DNA of 34,836 nucleotides from an uncultured Candidatus Saccharibacteria bacterium. GTDB taxonomy: Bacteria > Patescibacteriota > Minisyncoccia > Phycocordibacterales > UBA9973. The notes under the pieces are model-generated. The model was not told the origin of the DNA. It saw nothing but the letters and a program-made list of their open reading frames with translations, and made no database searches. Of this stretch, positions 7,201 through 15,635 are shown piece after piece. The DNA lies in the NCBI GenBank assembly GCA_964608655.1, contig CAZSQH010000001.1, forward strand, positions 1-34,836, in the 5' to 3' direction. The stretch's first letter is position 1; every line of letters starts with the position of its first letter. The position numbers and the translations under genes were made by a program.

Positions 7201-7953
7201 ATGAAAAAGTTTCTGTTTTTTCCGCTCATGGCAATCCTCTTCGTAGGAACCATTGATTTTCTTTCTTCCTGTTCAAACGCCTCAGCCTCGAAGGTGGATG
7301 TAGTAAATGGGACAACCCCCATGGATGTTCACGATATCCAGTGGCGAACCGAGTTTATCAATTCGTTAAAAGAAATGACTCCTGAACAGCGTAAGGCTGA
7401 AGTGGACCGTGTATTGCCGAGACTCAACAGCCAGCTCGTTGCGAGCCTGCAACAGAGAGGGAAGTATTGCGAAATCAAATCCATTGAGTACGCATTTGGA
7501 TCCGGTAAGGCAAAAGAAGTAGAGTCGGGAGACGGAAATAGCTATGACGGCTACTATGCCGACCAACTGTACGCCATCGTAAAAGGTGGTAGTTGCTTCA
7601 AAGATTCCACCATTGTGTTCATTCAATGCCTCAACGGAACGTTTGTTATTGACGGCGAATCCATTTTTTCACTTGGGTTTTCCCAGCCGGTATTTGTAAT
7701 ACAAAAACCTAACGGAATTAATACCTACACCGACTACCGGACATCGATCTGGTTAGCGGAAGTGTTTGGATTGAAGGTTCACAAGGGGCAAGGGTGGAGT
7801 GGTCCCATTATTTCCTATAAAGAAGCTTACGATCTCTACGATCGCCTCGGAGAAACTGCAGTCACCGTTGAAGTATACGACGGAGACCAGTTCGATTTGG
7901 GAAATATGACATACACCCACAATGGAAAGGTGACGTATGCAAAAAGAGAATAG
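7201..7953 (+). CDS. lipoprotein, hypothetical (250 aa)
   Basis: Signal peptide with lipobox LSSC. A bidirectional terminator lies at 7970-7993. Confidence 0.7.
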   Translation: MKKFLFFPLMAILFVGTIDFLSSCSNASASKVDVVNGTTPMDVHDIQWRTEFINSLKEMTPEQRKAEVDRVLPRLNSQLVASLQQRGKYCEIKSIEYAFGSGKAKEVESGDGNSYDGYYADQLYAIVKGGSCFKDSTIVFIQCLNGTFVIDGESIFSLGFSQPVFVIQKPNGINTYTDYRTSIWLAEVFGLKVHKGQGWSGPIISYKEAYDLYDRLGETAVTVEVYDGDQFDLGNMTYTHNGKVTYAKRE

Positions 7954-7994
7954 AACTACTACGTTGTTACTCAAAAGCCGTTTTAAAACGGCTT

Positions 7995-8903
7995 TTATTT
8001 TTTGCTGTGAAACTTTTTATGAATCTCTCTGAGTTGGCGGTCGGTAACGTGCGTATAGACCTGTGTTGTCGCAATATTTGCGTGACCTAACATCATCTGA
8101 ACAGAACGAATATCGGCGCCGTTTGATAGTAGGTTTGTTGCAAACGAGTGACGAAGCACGTGAGGGGTAACTTTTTTTGATATCCCTGCTTTTGTTGCAT
8201 AGTGTCGTACAATTCGCTCAATAGAACGCGGAGTGAGTCGTGTGGTACTTTTACTATTTTTTGAAGCATTTACAAACAGCGGCTCTTCCATATCTTTTCG
8301 AGCAGTAAGATATTTTTTAATTGCATCTTTTGCATCAGAAGACAAAAAAACTACACGAATTTTTTCTCCTTTTCCTCTAATGGAAAACTCTTCTTTTGAT
8401 AGATCGAGGTCTCTGTTGAGAGAACACAATTCAGAAAGTCGAAGTCCTGTAGAAAAAAATAGTTCGAGCATTGCTTTGTCACGAAGCTGCTTTATATCGG
8501 TACCATCCGTTGCTTTGAGGAGGCGGTTCAGTTCATCAGTGGAAATAAGGTCGAGGTCTCGAGCACCGACTTTTGCAAGCTCAATTGTATCAGGAGAAAG
8601 TGCTGTAATATTTCTCTTTCGCAAGTATTTCAAAAAGGAGCGCAGCGCGATCATGTAGTAGTTCTGTGTCACTTTTTTCATGGTGGCACTTGTTTGTCCT
8701 TTTACTTTAATTCCTGGCGCTCGATTGAGCTTAAGACGAAATTCTCTGATGCGATCCTCTGTAATATCTGAAACCGCTTGTATGTTCATATCTTTTATAA
8801 AAGTATCGATATAGTGGCCGTAGTTTCTCACCGTTAGCTGGCTTCTTCCTTTTTCTATTTCGATATATTCAAGAAATTGACGCACCGCATCGAGAATCTG
8901 CAT
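7995..8903 (-). CDS. tyrosine site-specific recombinase, XerC/XerD family
   Basis: C-terminal HVLRHSFATNLL...GADIRSVQMMLGHANIATTQVYTHV (R-H-R-Y catalytic pattern). ATG 8903 is chosen because TATACT sits exactly 7 nt upstream. The ORF-track start is a TTG at 8927. Confidence 0.88.
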   Translation of the reverse strand: MQILDAVRQFLEYIEIEKGRSQLTVRNYGHYIDTFIKDMNIQAVSDITEDRIREFRLKLNRAPGIKVKGQTSATMKKVTQNYYMIALRSFLKYLRKRNITALSPDTIELAKVGARDLDLISTDELNRLLKATDGTDIKQLRDKAMLELFFSTGLRLSELCSLNRDLDLSKEEFSIRGKGEKIRVVFLSSDAKDAIKKYLTARKDMEEPLFVNASKNSKSTTRLTPRSIERIVRHYATKAGISKKVTPHVLRHSFATNLLSNGADIRSVQMMLGHANIATTQVYTHVTDRQLREIHKKFHSKK

Positions 8904-9008
8904 ATCAGAAAGTATATAACGTCGCAAAATATTTTTATACCATGGTACTTACGATAAGTATTGACGAAATGCGGTTTGGTATGTAGTATCAACAAAAATA
9001 CTTGTTAT

Positions 9009-9599
9009 ATGAAAAATAGAAACCTCGTAGAAGATCTCTATGATGTCATTGGTTATGTTGGTGACCGAGATCTGAGTCAGGCAGAAGTAAACGCAATTTC
9101 TTTCATACTACGCTCCATAAAAGTAGGGGATGCTGAACGCATCACCACAGAACAGCAAAGAGCAAGTATCATCACGTCTCAAAAAGCAAGGGAATATTTC
9201 AAAAAACACCCTAACAAAAAAATAATTGTGGTTGGTGATATCCGTATTCCGGAAGCGCAACTGTTTGGAACCGCAAGTTATTTCGGTATCCCATCAAAAA
9301 ACATCAGTCTCTTTCTTGAATACGACAAGTTAAAGAAAAATTTTCCATTTAAGGAAATTGAACACCACGACACCATCGCAGTGATCTTTGGAGCGATGCC
9401 TCACAATGTTTCAGAGAAAGGATCTGAAATAAGCCCCCTGCAAACAGCAATAAAATCTATGGGGGACCACGCTGTACCGTTTGTGGTTACTGATATGAAA
9501 GTGACAAAAGAAAAAATACGAAGCTGTTTTGGTCAGATAACAAAACATATTTGTGAAAATGGCGGCGTCCGGTTAAAAAAATCGGTGTCACCCGCATAG
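9009..9599 (+). CDS. hypothetical protein (196 aa)
   Basis: Clean ORF. The first ATG (9009) of ORF 8961..9599 is used. A terminator follows. Confidence 0.65.
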   Translation: MKNRNLVEDLYDVIGYVGDRDLSQAEVNAISFILRSIKVGDAERITTEQQRASIITSQKAREYFKKHPNKKIIVVGDIRIPEAQLFGTASYFGIPSKNISLFLEYDKLKKNFPFKEIEHHDTIAVIFGAMPHNVSEKGSEISPLQTAIKSMGDHAVPFVVTDMKVTKEKIRSCFGQITKHICENGGVRLKKSVSPA

Positions 9600-9606
9600 A
9601 ATACTA

Positions 9607-9633
9607 AGCAAGTCGAAAGGACTTGCTTTTTTT
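9607..9633 (+). terminator. intrinsic terminator
   Basis: AGCAAGTC-gaaag-GACTTGCT followed by tttttt. Confidence 0.8.
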
Positions 9634-9657
9634 ATTGGGTATGTTAGAATAGAAATC

Positions 9658-9918
9658 ATGTTAACGACCAAGAAAAAGCAAACCATCATAAAAAAGCACC
9701 AAGTCCACGAGAAGGACACTGGGTCTAAAAAAGTGCAAGTGGCAATGCTTACTGAAAAAATTGATCAGCTTGCTGATCACTTGAAAAAGCACAAGAAGGA
9801 TAACCACTCTCGTCGTGGACTTATCAAAATGGTTGCTGATCGTAGAGGCCACATTAAAGTACTCGAGAAGAGCAACCCAAAACAGCACGCTGAAGTACTC
9901 AAGATTATAAAAAATTAA
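9658..9918 (+). CDS. rpsO: 30S ribosomal protein S15
   Basis: 86 aa. DTGS..VQVA.LT..I..L..H...HKKD.HSRRGL is the S15 signature. The extended -10 TGtTAGAAT (9642-9650) ends 7 nt before the ATG. Confidence 0.95.
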   Translation: MLTTKKKQTIIKKHQVHEKDTGSKKVQVAMLTEKIDQLADHLKKHKKDNHSRRGLIKMVADRRGHIKVLEKSNPKQHAEVLKIIKN

Positions 9919-9925
9919 TTTCTCT

Positions 9926-9957
9926 ACAATACCGTCAGTATGACGGTATTGTTTTAT
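9926..9957 (+). terminator. intrinsic terminator
   Basis: 12-bp stem ACAATACCGTCA/TGACGGTATTGT followed by tttat. It overlaps the ORF-track start at 9940, which I therefore reject. Confidence 0.8.
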
Positions 9958-10008
9958 ACTAGTCTATTTTTCTTTCAAAAGAATACTAAGACGAGTATAC
10001 TGACCTAT

Positions 10009-10518
10009 ATGGCAATTATTAAACAGAAAGACCAGCGCGTAGGAATATTTATCGATACACAAAATCTCTACCACACCGCAAAAAATATCTATAAGCGCAA
10101 GGTAAACTTTGCAAATGTTGTAAAAGATGCCCTTGCGGGAAGAAAACTCATTCGAGCAATTGCCTATGCCATTACTACAGAAAGTGAAGATGAGAGTGCG
10201 TTTTTGAGCGCTCTAACAAAGGCAGGCATTGAAACAAAAGTAAAAGACCTCCAGGTATTTTATGATGGAAGCAAAAAAGCAGATTGGGACATTGGGCTTG
10301 CGATTGATGCAGTAACTATGGCACCAAAACTCGACGCAATTGTTATCATTTCAGGAGATGGAGATTTTGTTCCACTCTGTCGCTATTTACAGTATCACCA
10401 TGGGGTACAAGTTGAGGTGGTAACATTTGGACAATCAGCAGCGACTTCTCTCAGAGAAGCAGCGGATGATTTTTTTGATCTATCGCTTACTCCAAAAAAA
10501 TATCTTCTCGGATATTAG
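10009..10518 (+). CDS. NYN-domain (LabA/DUF88-like) protein
   Basis: RVGIFIDTQNLYH...IVIISGDGDFVPL pattern of NYN/LabA nucleases. TATACT sits 7 nt before ATG 10009. Confidence 0.85.
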   Translation: MAIIKQKDQRVGIFIDTQNLYHTAKNIYKRKVNFANVVKDALAGRKLIRAIAYAITTESEDESAFLSALTKAGIETKVKDLQVFYDGSKKADWDIGLAIDAVTMAPKLDAIVIISGDGDFVPLCRYLQYHHGVQVEVVTFGQSAATSLREAADDFFDLSLTPKKYLLGY

Positions 10519-10530
10519 TACTACTATTGT

Positions 10531-11430
10531 ATGGAACCTGAACAAACAAAACCCATTTCTGAAAAACCACCAATTCCTGCTGAAAAAGAAACTCCTGATA
10601 CAACCGTCCATCGTCGAAGTCATACGTACGAAGATGATGTTGCTAAAGCAATGAACGCTACCGATGCGTCGGTAGTGCAAGAACTACTACAAACAGCACG
10701 GGAAAGAGAAGTCACAGAAAAAGAATATAAAAAAAGTATCTGGCAAAGAAAATGGTATTCTATTTTTTCTATCTTATTTGTTGTGGCTGCAATAGCGGGA
10801 TTTGTCTATGCAATCTATCACTACTACACCCTCACTGTTCCTGTTGAACAACAATATTCTGTAGGAGTATTTCCAACAACAACTCCTGTGGTAGTTGGAG
10901 AAACTGATATTCGAAAAGCGATAGAGGGAATTCGCGCAGACACCACACTTAAAAAAAATGAGCCGTATCTTGTCCCTCTCGTTGAAGATGCAACAACCCT
11001 TGTTCCTGTTTCAAAAGAAAAATTTTTTTCTTTTATTGAAGGAATCCCTAGTGAGCCCTTCGCAGCAACTATTGATGTTGTGCGTTTAGGGGCACTTCAC
11101 GACGGTATTGCTACTCATCCATTTATTATCCTTTCAATTGCTGACCCTGAGGTTGCATCGAAAGAATTTCTAATTGCAGAATCAACATTGCTTCAGTTGT
11201 TTTATAAAGCGCTCGGACTCGATATTAGTAGTTATGTTTCCGAAATTGGAAAAGGATTTGAAAGTGAATACACTGTAAACCTTCCTGTACGCATTCTTCG
11301 AACTACTTCTGAGGTGGCATCTGAAGAAAAACCAATCATCCTCTACGCGTACATTACACACAACATAATCCTTGTCACTACAGAAATCTCCGTTCTCTCA
11401 TCTGTGTATGACACCATCATTAGACAATAA
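10531..11430 (+). CDS. single-pass membrane protein, hypothetical (299 aa)
   Basis: Charged N-terminus, one TM helix (WYSIFSILFVVAAIAGFVYAIYHYY), then a ~200-aa outside domain. Confidence 0.7.
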   Translation: MEPEQTKPISEKPPIPAEKETPDTTVHRRSHTYEDDVAKAMNATDASVVQELLQTAREREVTEKEYKKSIWQRKWYSIFSILFVVAAIAGFVYAIYHYYTLTVPVEQQYSVGVFPTTTPVVVGETDIRKAIEGIRADTTLKKNEPYLVPLVEDATTLVPVSKEKFFSFIEGIPSEPFAATIDVVRLGALHDGIATHPFIILSIADPEVASKEFLIAESTLLQLFYKALGLDISSYVSEIGKGFESEYTVNLPVRILRTTSEVASEEKPIILYAYITHNIILVTTEISVLSSVYDTIIRQ

Positions 11431-11520
11431 GTGGTCTGTGATTATAAGGATATTTTTAAAACTAAAAACAGAAAAAGAAAAGACTTGTGCTTTTTAGTGG
11501 TCATGCTAGTATACTTCGCA

Positions 11521-11877
11521 ATGATGAATACGAAACCATTTAAAGAAAAACTTGAAATAGAAAAGGCACACATTGAGGAAGAGCTTCCTCAAATCGCACG
11601 CTTCAATGAAGAGACTGGGCTTTGGGAAGCCACTCCTGATCAGGATTTAATGGGAGAGATTGATGAAAACGATGCTGCAGACCGATTTGAAGATTTTGAA
11701 GAACGAAGCGCAGTCCTTGCCACATTACAATCACGATTAAAAGATATCAACGATGCACTTCTTAAAATAGAAGCAGGGACCTACGGAACATGCGAAGTCT
11801 CTGGAGAAAAAATAGAAGAAGACCGTCTCAACGCAAACCCGGCAGCTCGCACTTGTAAACATCACATTAATTCATAA
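11521..11877 (+). CDS. DksA/TraR-family C4-type zinc-finger-like protein
   Basis: Coiled-coil N-terminal part, then GTYGTCEVSGEKIEEDRLNANPAARTCKHH. ATG 11521 is chosen (TATACT lies just upstream). A terminator hairpin follows at about 11881-11910. Confidence 0.8.
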   Translation: MMNTKPFKEKLEIEKAHIEEELPQIARFNEETGLWEATPDQDLMGEIDENDAADRFEDFEERSAVLATLQSRLKDINDALLKIEAGTYGTCEVSGEKIEEDRLNANPAARTCKHHINS

Positions 11878-11933
11878 CAAAACGCTCCCAGCTGGTGGGA
11901 GTGTTTTGTTATGAAAGAAGCTATACTTTATGT

Positions 11934-13457
11934 GTGTCATTCTCTCGTGTACAAAGTGCACAACTGACTGGACTTCGAGCAACTAGCGTTATTGTTGAAA
12001 CAGACATTAATAGAGGGTTGTATGTATTTCAAATTGTCGGACTTCCTGATAAAGCAGTGGAAGAAGCTCGTGAACGTGTCATTAGTGCGCTTCGTAATAA
12101 TCTTGGTAAAAATCCTAAAGCAGAAAATCAAAAAGTGATTGTTTCACTTTCACCAGCAGAACTCAAAAAAGAAGGAGCTTATTTTGACAGTGCGATTGCT
12201 ATTGGGTACCTGACCGCAACGGGTGTTCTTTCAGAAAAACAAATTGCAGATACACTGTTTGTTGGTGAGCTTGCACTCAATGGAGAGCTTCGTGCAGTTC
12301 GTGGTCTCCTTTCAATTATCGCTTTTGCGAAGGAACATGGAGTGAAAAAAATATACGTTCCACAAGCAAACCATCATGAAGCATTTCTCGCGCTTTCAAA
12401 TACAGCAGATGTTACCGTGTATCTTGTTCCAACACTTGCAGATCTTGTTTCACATCTCCAAGAAAGAGAAAGTAACGTCACTCTCCCAATAAAAACAGAT
12501 CGAGCAATAACCCCACCACTCTCGTCAATTGATTTTGGGGAAGTAAAAGGACAACATATCGCAAAACGAGCACTCACCATTGCTGGTGCGGGAGGGCACA
12601 ACGTTATTCTTTACGGCCCCCCTGGCACTGGAAAAACAATGCTTGCAAAAGCGTTTCACTCTATCTTGCCACCACTTTCTTCAGAAGAGTTTTTGGAAGT
12701 TGCTACTATTTATTCTTCAATCGGATTGGTAGCTGATGTGTTACATGGCACCCCACCACTTCGCACCCCACACCACAGCGCATCGCATGTAGCAATCATT
12801 GGTGGAGGGAGTGTCATTCGGCCTGGTGATATTTCTTTAGCACACCGAGGAGTGTTGTACCTTGATGAATTTCCTGAATTTGATCGACGTGTAATCGAAG
12901 CACTTCGTGAACCACTTGAAGAAGGATCAATAACTGTCGCTCGCGCAAAAGGGTCGGAACGATTTCCTGCACGATTTATTCTCCTTGCTGCAATGAACCC
13001 TTGTCCGTGTGGCTATCGAGGAAGTGGTATACAAACATGTACTTGTTCTGCATCTGAACTTGCGAGATATCAGAAAAAAATTTCAGGACCTATTGTTGAT
13101 CGTATTGATTTATGGGTCCCTGTATCACATATCGAATACAAAACACTTCATGAAAATGCAAAAGAAAAAGAAAGTGTAAAAATCGCTGAACAAATAAAAA
13201 GGGTGAGAGAAAAACAACTTACGCGTTATAAAAAACTTAACAGCGAACTTTCTTCACACGAAGTACAGTCAGTAAGCGGTATTACAAAAGATGCGATACG
13301 CAATTTACAGCAATACGCCGAAAAACTTCACCTCTCCCCTCGCTCATATCTACGCACTATAAAAATTGCCCGCACTATCGCAGATCTCGAAGAAAGCGAA
13401 ACCGTAGAAGTACCCCACATCCTCGAAGCGCTTCAGTACCGTCCAAAGAACGACTGA
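11934..13457 (+). CDS. comM: Mg-chelatase-like ATPase, YifB/ComM family
   Basis: VGLPD N-terminal Lon-like domain, Walker A GPPGTGKT, Walker B LYLDEF, and the cysteine cluster NPCPCGY...CTC. GTG 11934 is chosen: TATACT lies 6 nt upstream, and the ORF-track start at 11895 lies in the preceding terminator. Confidence 0.9.
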   Translation: MSFSRVQSAQLTGLRATSVIVETDINRGLYVFQIVGLPDKAVEEARERVISALRNNLGKNPKAENQKVIVSLSPAELKKEGAYFDSAIAIGYLTATGVLSEKQIADTLFVGELALNGELRAVRGLLSIIAFAKEHGVKKIYVPQANHHEAFLALSNTADVTVYLVPTLADLVSHLQERESNVTLPIKTDRAITPPLSSIDFGEVKGQHIAKRALTIAGAGGHNVILYGPPGTGKTMLAKAFHSILPPLSSEEFLEVATIYSSIGLVADVLHGTPPLRTPHHSASHVAIIGGGSVIRPGDISLAHRGVLYLDEFPEFDRRVIEALREPLEEGSITVARAKGSERFPARFILLAAMNPCPCGYRGSGIQTCTCSASELARYQKKISGPIVDRIDLWVPVSHIEYKTLHENAKEKESVKIAEQIKRVREKQLTRYKKLNSELSSHEVQSVSGITKDAIRNLQQYAEKLHLSPRSYLRTIKIARTIADLEESETVEVPHILEALQYRPKND

Positions 13458-13472
13458 GGTATACTCACTGAT

Positions 13473-14228
13473 ATGATAGAAAAATTTTTAGCCAATCTTG
13501 GTTTCTCGAAAAAAGAGATCGATGTCTATCTCAAACTTTTGAGCGTAAGCGATGCTACCGTAACGGAACTTTCTCGAATGACCACTATCAACAGAACAAC
13601 ACTGTATCCCATTCTTGAGCATTTGGTTACAAAAGGGTTGGTGGTCGAATTAGAAAAAGGAAAGAAAGCACGCTTTCAAGCAGAACCAGCAGAACGACTG
13701 GGTACTTATATTCAAAATGAAAAAGCAAAACTTGATGAACAAGAAAAACTTCTTGATGAAGTAATTCCTCGCTTGAAAAGTGTTTCATTACAAGCGGGAG
13801 AAAAAGCTATTGTGAAAGTATTTGAAGGAAGAGAAGGAATATTAAAATCAGTACAAGAATATTTTGAAGCAAACGATACCACTAATGATACCGCTTATCT
13901 TATTTACCCAAAAGATACGCTTGCTAATTTTTTTTCAGAAAAAGAAAGAGTGTCTGCACGAAAACTAAGATTGGATAAAAAAATAAATTCAATATCAATT
14001 TATACAACAAAAGGAGATGCTTTGTCTTCTGACGAACACTCAACTCGTTATAAAATAAACCCTGATGAATATGAAGTGTATTGTGATATAGGAATCTTTA
14101 AAGATAGAGTCCGTATCCATACGCTTGGACAAGAACTAGGAGCTATCTATATAAAAAGTAAAGATGTCGCAGATACATTAAAAACACTTTTTAAACTAGC
14201 AATAAAAGGCATCCGTTCAGAAAAATAA
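13473..14228 (+). CDS. TrmB-family winged-helix transcriptional regulator
   Basis: N-terminal LGFSKKEIDVYLKLL....TVTELSRMTTINRTTLYPILEHLVTKGLV is the TrmB HTH pattern. TATACT sits 7 nt before the ATG. Confidence 0.85.
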   Translation: MIEKFLANLGFSKKEIDVYLKLLSVSDATVTELSRMTTINRTTLYPILEHLVTKGLVVELEKGKKARFQAEPAERLGTYIQNEKAKLDEQEKLLDEVIPRLKSVSLQAGEKAIVKVFEGREGILKSVQEYFEANDTTNDTAYLIYPKDTLANFFSEKERVSARKLRLDKKINSISIYTTKGDALSSDEHSTRYKINPDEYEVYCDIGIFKDRVRIHTLGQELGAIYIKSKDVADTLKTLFKLAIKGIRSEK

Positions 14229-14584
14229 GAAAACCCCGCGCACTGCGCGGGGTTTCAGTTACGAGAAATACACTCGATCTAGAAGAATGTGTTCATTCTT
14301 TAAATCAAACTGTTTTCGTAACTCTTTCTTAGGATCTTTTTCAATTTTTTTCTTTTTTAGATTAAAAAATTGTTTTTTCGATTTTCCTAGTCTCCTAGAA
14401 AGAATCGAGCTTTGTTTACACTACTAGTCTCCCAATGTTTACCTCCTTCTTTTTTTGTTGAATCCAAAAAAGATATATAGTTTGACCACCCTGGTGGTGG
14501 GTGAGGACCTCATTATCGATCCTCACCCAACCGAGTTAGTCAATCATTGTACCTCCTTTTGGTTTTGGTTATTAATTTGGTTTC
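14224..14584 (-). ncRNA. candidate ~360-nt minus-strand transcript without a real ORF
   Basis: Bounded by a consensus promoter (14591-14619, minus) and the terminator at 14231-14255. It contains two AAGGAGGT motifs, each followed by a 3-codon ORF, plus a 9-bp hairpin (14499-14507/14520-14528). The longest ORF I found is 24 codons. Confidence 0.35.
14231..14255. terminator. bidirectional intrinsic terminator
   Basis: CCCCGCGC-act-GCGCGGGG. The T-tract is better on the minus strand (ttttcttattttt) than on the plus strand (ttt). Confidence 0.8.
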
Positions 14585-14590
14585 CTCAGT

Positions 14591-14619
14591 ATACTAGCAG
14601 AATATCTCTATTTTGTCAA
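14591..14619 (-). promoter_or_regulatory. sigma70-type promoter (minus strand)
   Basis: In minus sense, TTGACA (14619-14614), a 17-nt spacer, then TAGTAT (14596-14591). Confidence 0.6.
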
Positions 14620-14625
14620 TATTTT

Positions 14626-14655
14626 TTGACTATTTTCATAAAATCTTTATATAAT
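14626..14655 (+). promoter_or_regulatory. sigma70-type promoter (plus strand), back-to-back with the minus promoter
   Basis: TTGACT (14626-14631), an 18-nt spacer, then TATAAT (14650-14655). Confidence 0.55.
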
Positions 14656-14752
14656 AAGTCAATTTTTGTTATATAAAGTCTATCTTTATAAAATAATATA
14701 GCTATATTTTATATGCTTTTTTAGTCTATTTTAACTATTTTGACAAAATTAC

Positions 14753-14781
14753 TTGACAAAATTATTTATAGGTGCTAGACT
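14753..14781 (+). promoter_or_regulatory. sigma70-type promoter (plus strand) in front of the structured region
   Basis: TTGACA (14753-14758), a 17-nt spacer, then TAGACT (14776-14781). A second TTGACA lies at 14740-14745. Confidence 0.55.
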
Positions 14782-15094
14782 ACCTTCAGAACATTGAAAA
14801 TGAATATCAACAAACAAGAGTTTTAGTTCGCACTCACATATGCACATAAACCATTGTCGGAGTTCGCCTACTAGAAACCCTTGTTTGATAGCCAGTTTTA
14901 ATGGTCGCATCCCGTCTTCTCTCGACGAGAAGCGATTACTAGGAGCAACTCCTTTGAGTCAAACATGTGTGGTGCATGTTCCTAGTAACCGCTTCTTTAG
15001 AGGGTTATAAAGAGTGGAAAATCCAGCAAGGACAACTGCATGTGGAACCCCCCTTGGCAACCGCCGGTTGATTCCCGGCAAAAGAAGGTTTGAA

Positions 15095-15134
15095 GTGGTA
15101 GGTTTTTAAGCTTATGAGCTTAAAAACCTACCAC
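15095..15134. repeat. perfect 18-bp inverted repeat with a 4-nt spacer
   Basis: GTGGTAGGTTTTTAAGCT-tatg-AGCTTAAAAACCTACCAC, read directly. Confidence 0.9.
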
Positions 15135-15380
15135 GCTACTAAGAGAGTCTTGCTCTAAGTAGTCCAAAAAATCTAGGTAAAGCATTCGTTTCTGGTGACG
15201 AATCCTCTCTGGTAACAGAGGAAAGCTTTAATTTAAACGGAGAAACAAAGCCGTATGTGCCAAGGTTTCTCCTCTTTATCAGGATCGTGATTGGAGAGAC
15301 GCCTGTCATGAGTACAGTCGAATGATGGTTCTGTAGAGAGATTTGATCTTTTATAAAAACCAAAACTAAACCAAGGACTT

Positions 15381-15551
15381 ATGAGTAACAAGAAACTCAC
15401 CAAAGGAGATCTGTACGCAGCCGCAAACAAGCTCCTGTCCAAGGCCGGATTTTCATTTGATGGTGCTCCCAAGAAAAACTTTTCGCGCAAGCAGAAGTTT
15501 TTCGAAAGGAAGATCGTCATTATGACACCGATGGGAAACGGTAGCCGGTAA
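15381..15551 (+). CDS. possible small basic protein (56 aa) embedded in the structured region
   Basis: MSNKKLTKGDLYAAANKLLSKAGFSFDGAPKKNFSRKQKFFERKIVIMTPMGNGSR is protein-like and K-rich. AAGGA lies 3 nt before the ATG. Below the ORF-track cutoff. Confidence 0.3.
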   Translation: MSNKKLTKGDLYAAANKLLSKAGFSFDGAPKKNFSRKQKFFERKIVIMTPMGNGSR

Positions 15552-15568
15552 TTTCTCAAGGGTAAACA

Positions 15569-15635
15569 GGCGAGCCTAATTGTAAAATCGCCTCCATTCT
15601 TCAGATCGTGGAGAGAAAACGATCTGATTGTGGGA
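15569..15635 (+). repeat. two-hairpin RNA motif, copy 1
   Basis: GGCGA...TCGCC, then CCATTCTT, then CAGATCG-tggagagaaaa-CGATCTG, then ATTGTGGGA. Homologous to 16406-16465. Confidence 0.6.

Noticed and set aside
8233-8658. 141-aa ORF antisense to the Xer recombinase. The same applies to 19194..19571, 19300..19551, 19611..19946 and 19789..20058 opposite the M23 gene, and to the many 60-130-aa ORFs inside cca, uvrD, comM and the T4SS genes.
   Set aside because: They are shadow ORFs fully contained in well-supported genes on the other strand or frame, and no independent signals support them.
7995-8903. Xer-type recombinase as the integrase of an island inserted at the nearby tRNAs
   Set aside because: I found no second copy of the tRNA-Arg, tRNA-Gly or tRNA-Pro 3' ends near 2.7-9 kb. 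The protein looks like a chromosomal XerC/D, and the flanking genes are ordinary housekeeping or envelope genes. I keep it only as a weak possibility for the trailer finding.
14455-14676. 73-aa plus-strand ORF
   Set aside because: It spans two hairpins and both back-to-back promoters and has a low-complexity AT-driven translation. No gene-like signals are present.
15248-15275. Group II intron domain-V-like start (AAGCCGTATG)
   Set aside because: There is no complementary ...CATACGGTT strand or GNRA-capped 14-bp helix after it. There is also no GUGYG 5' end or intron-encoded protein.
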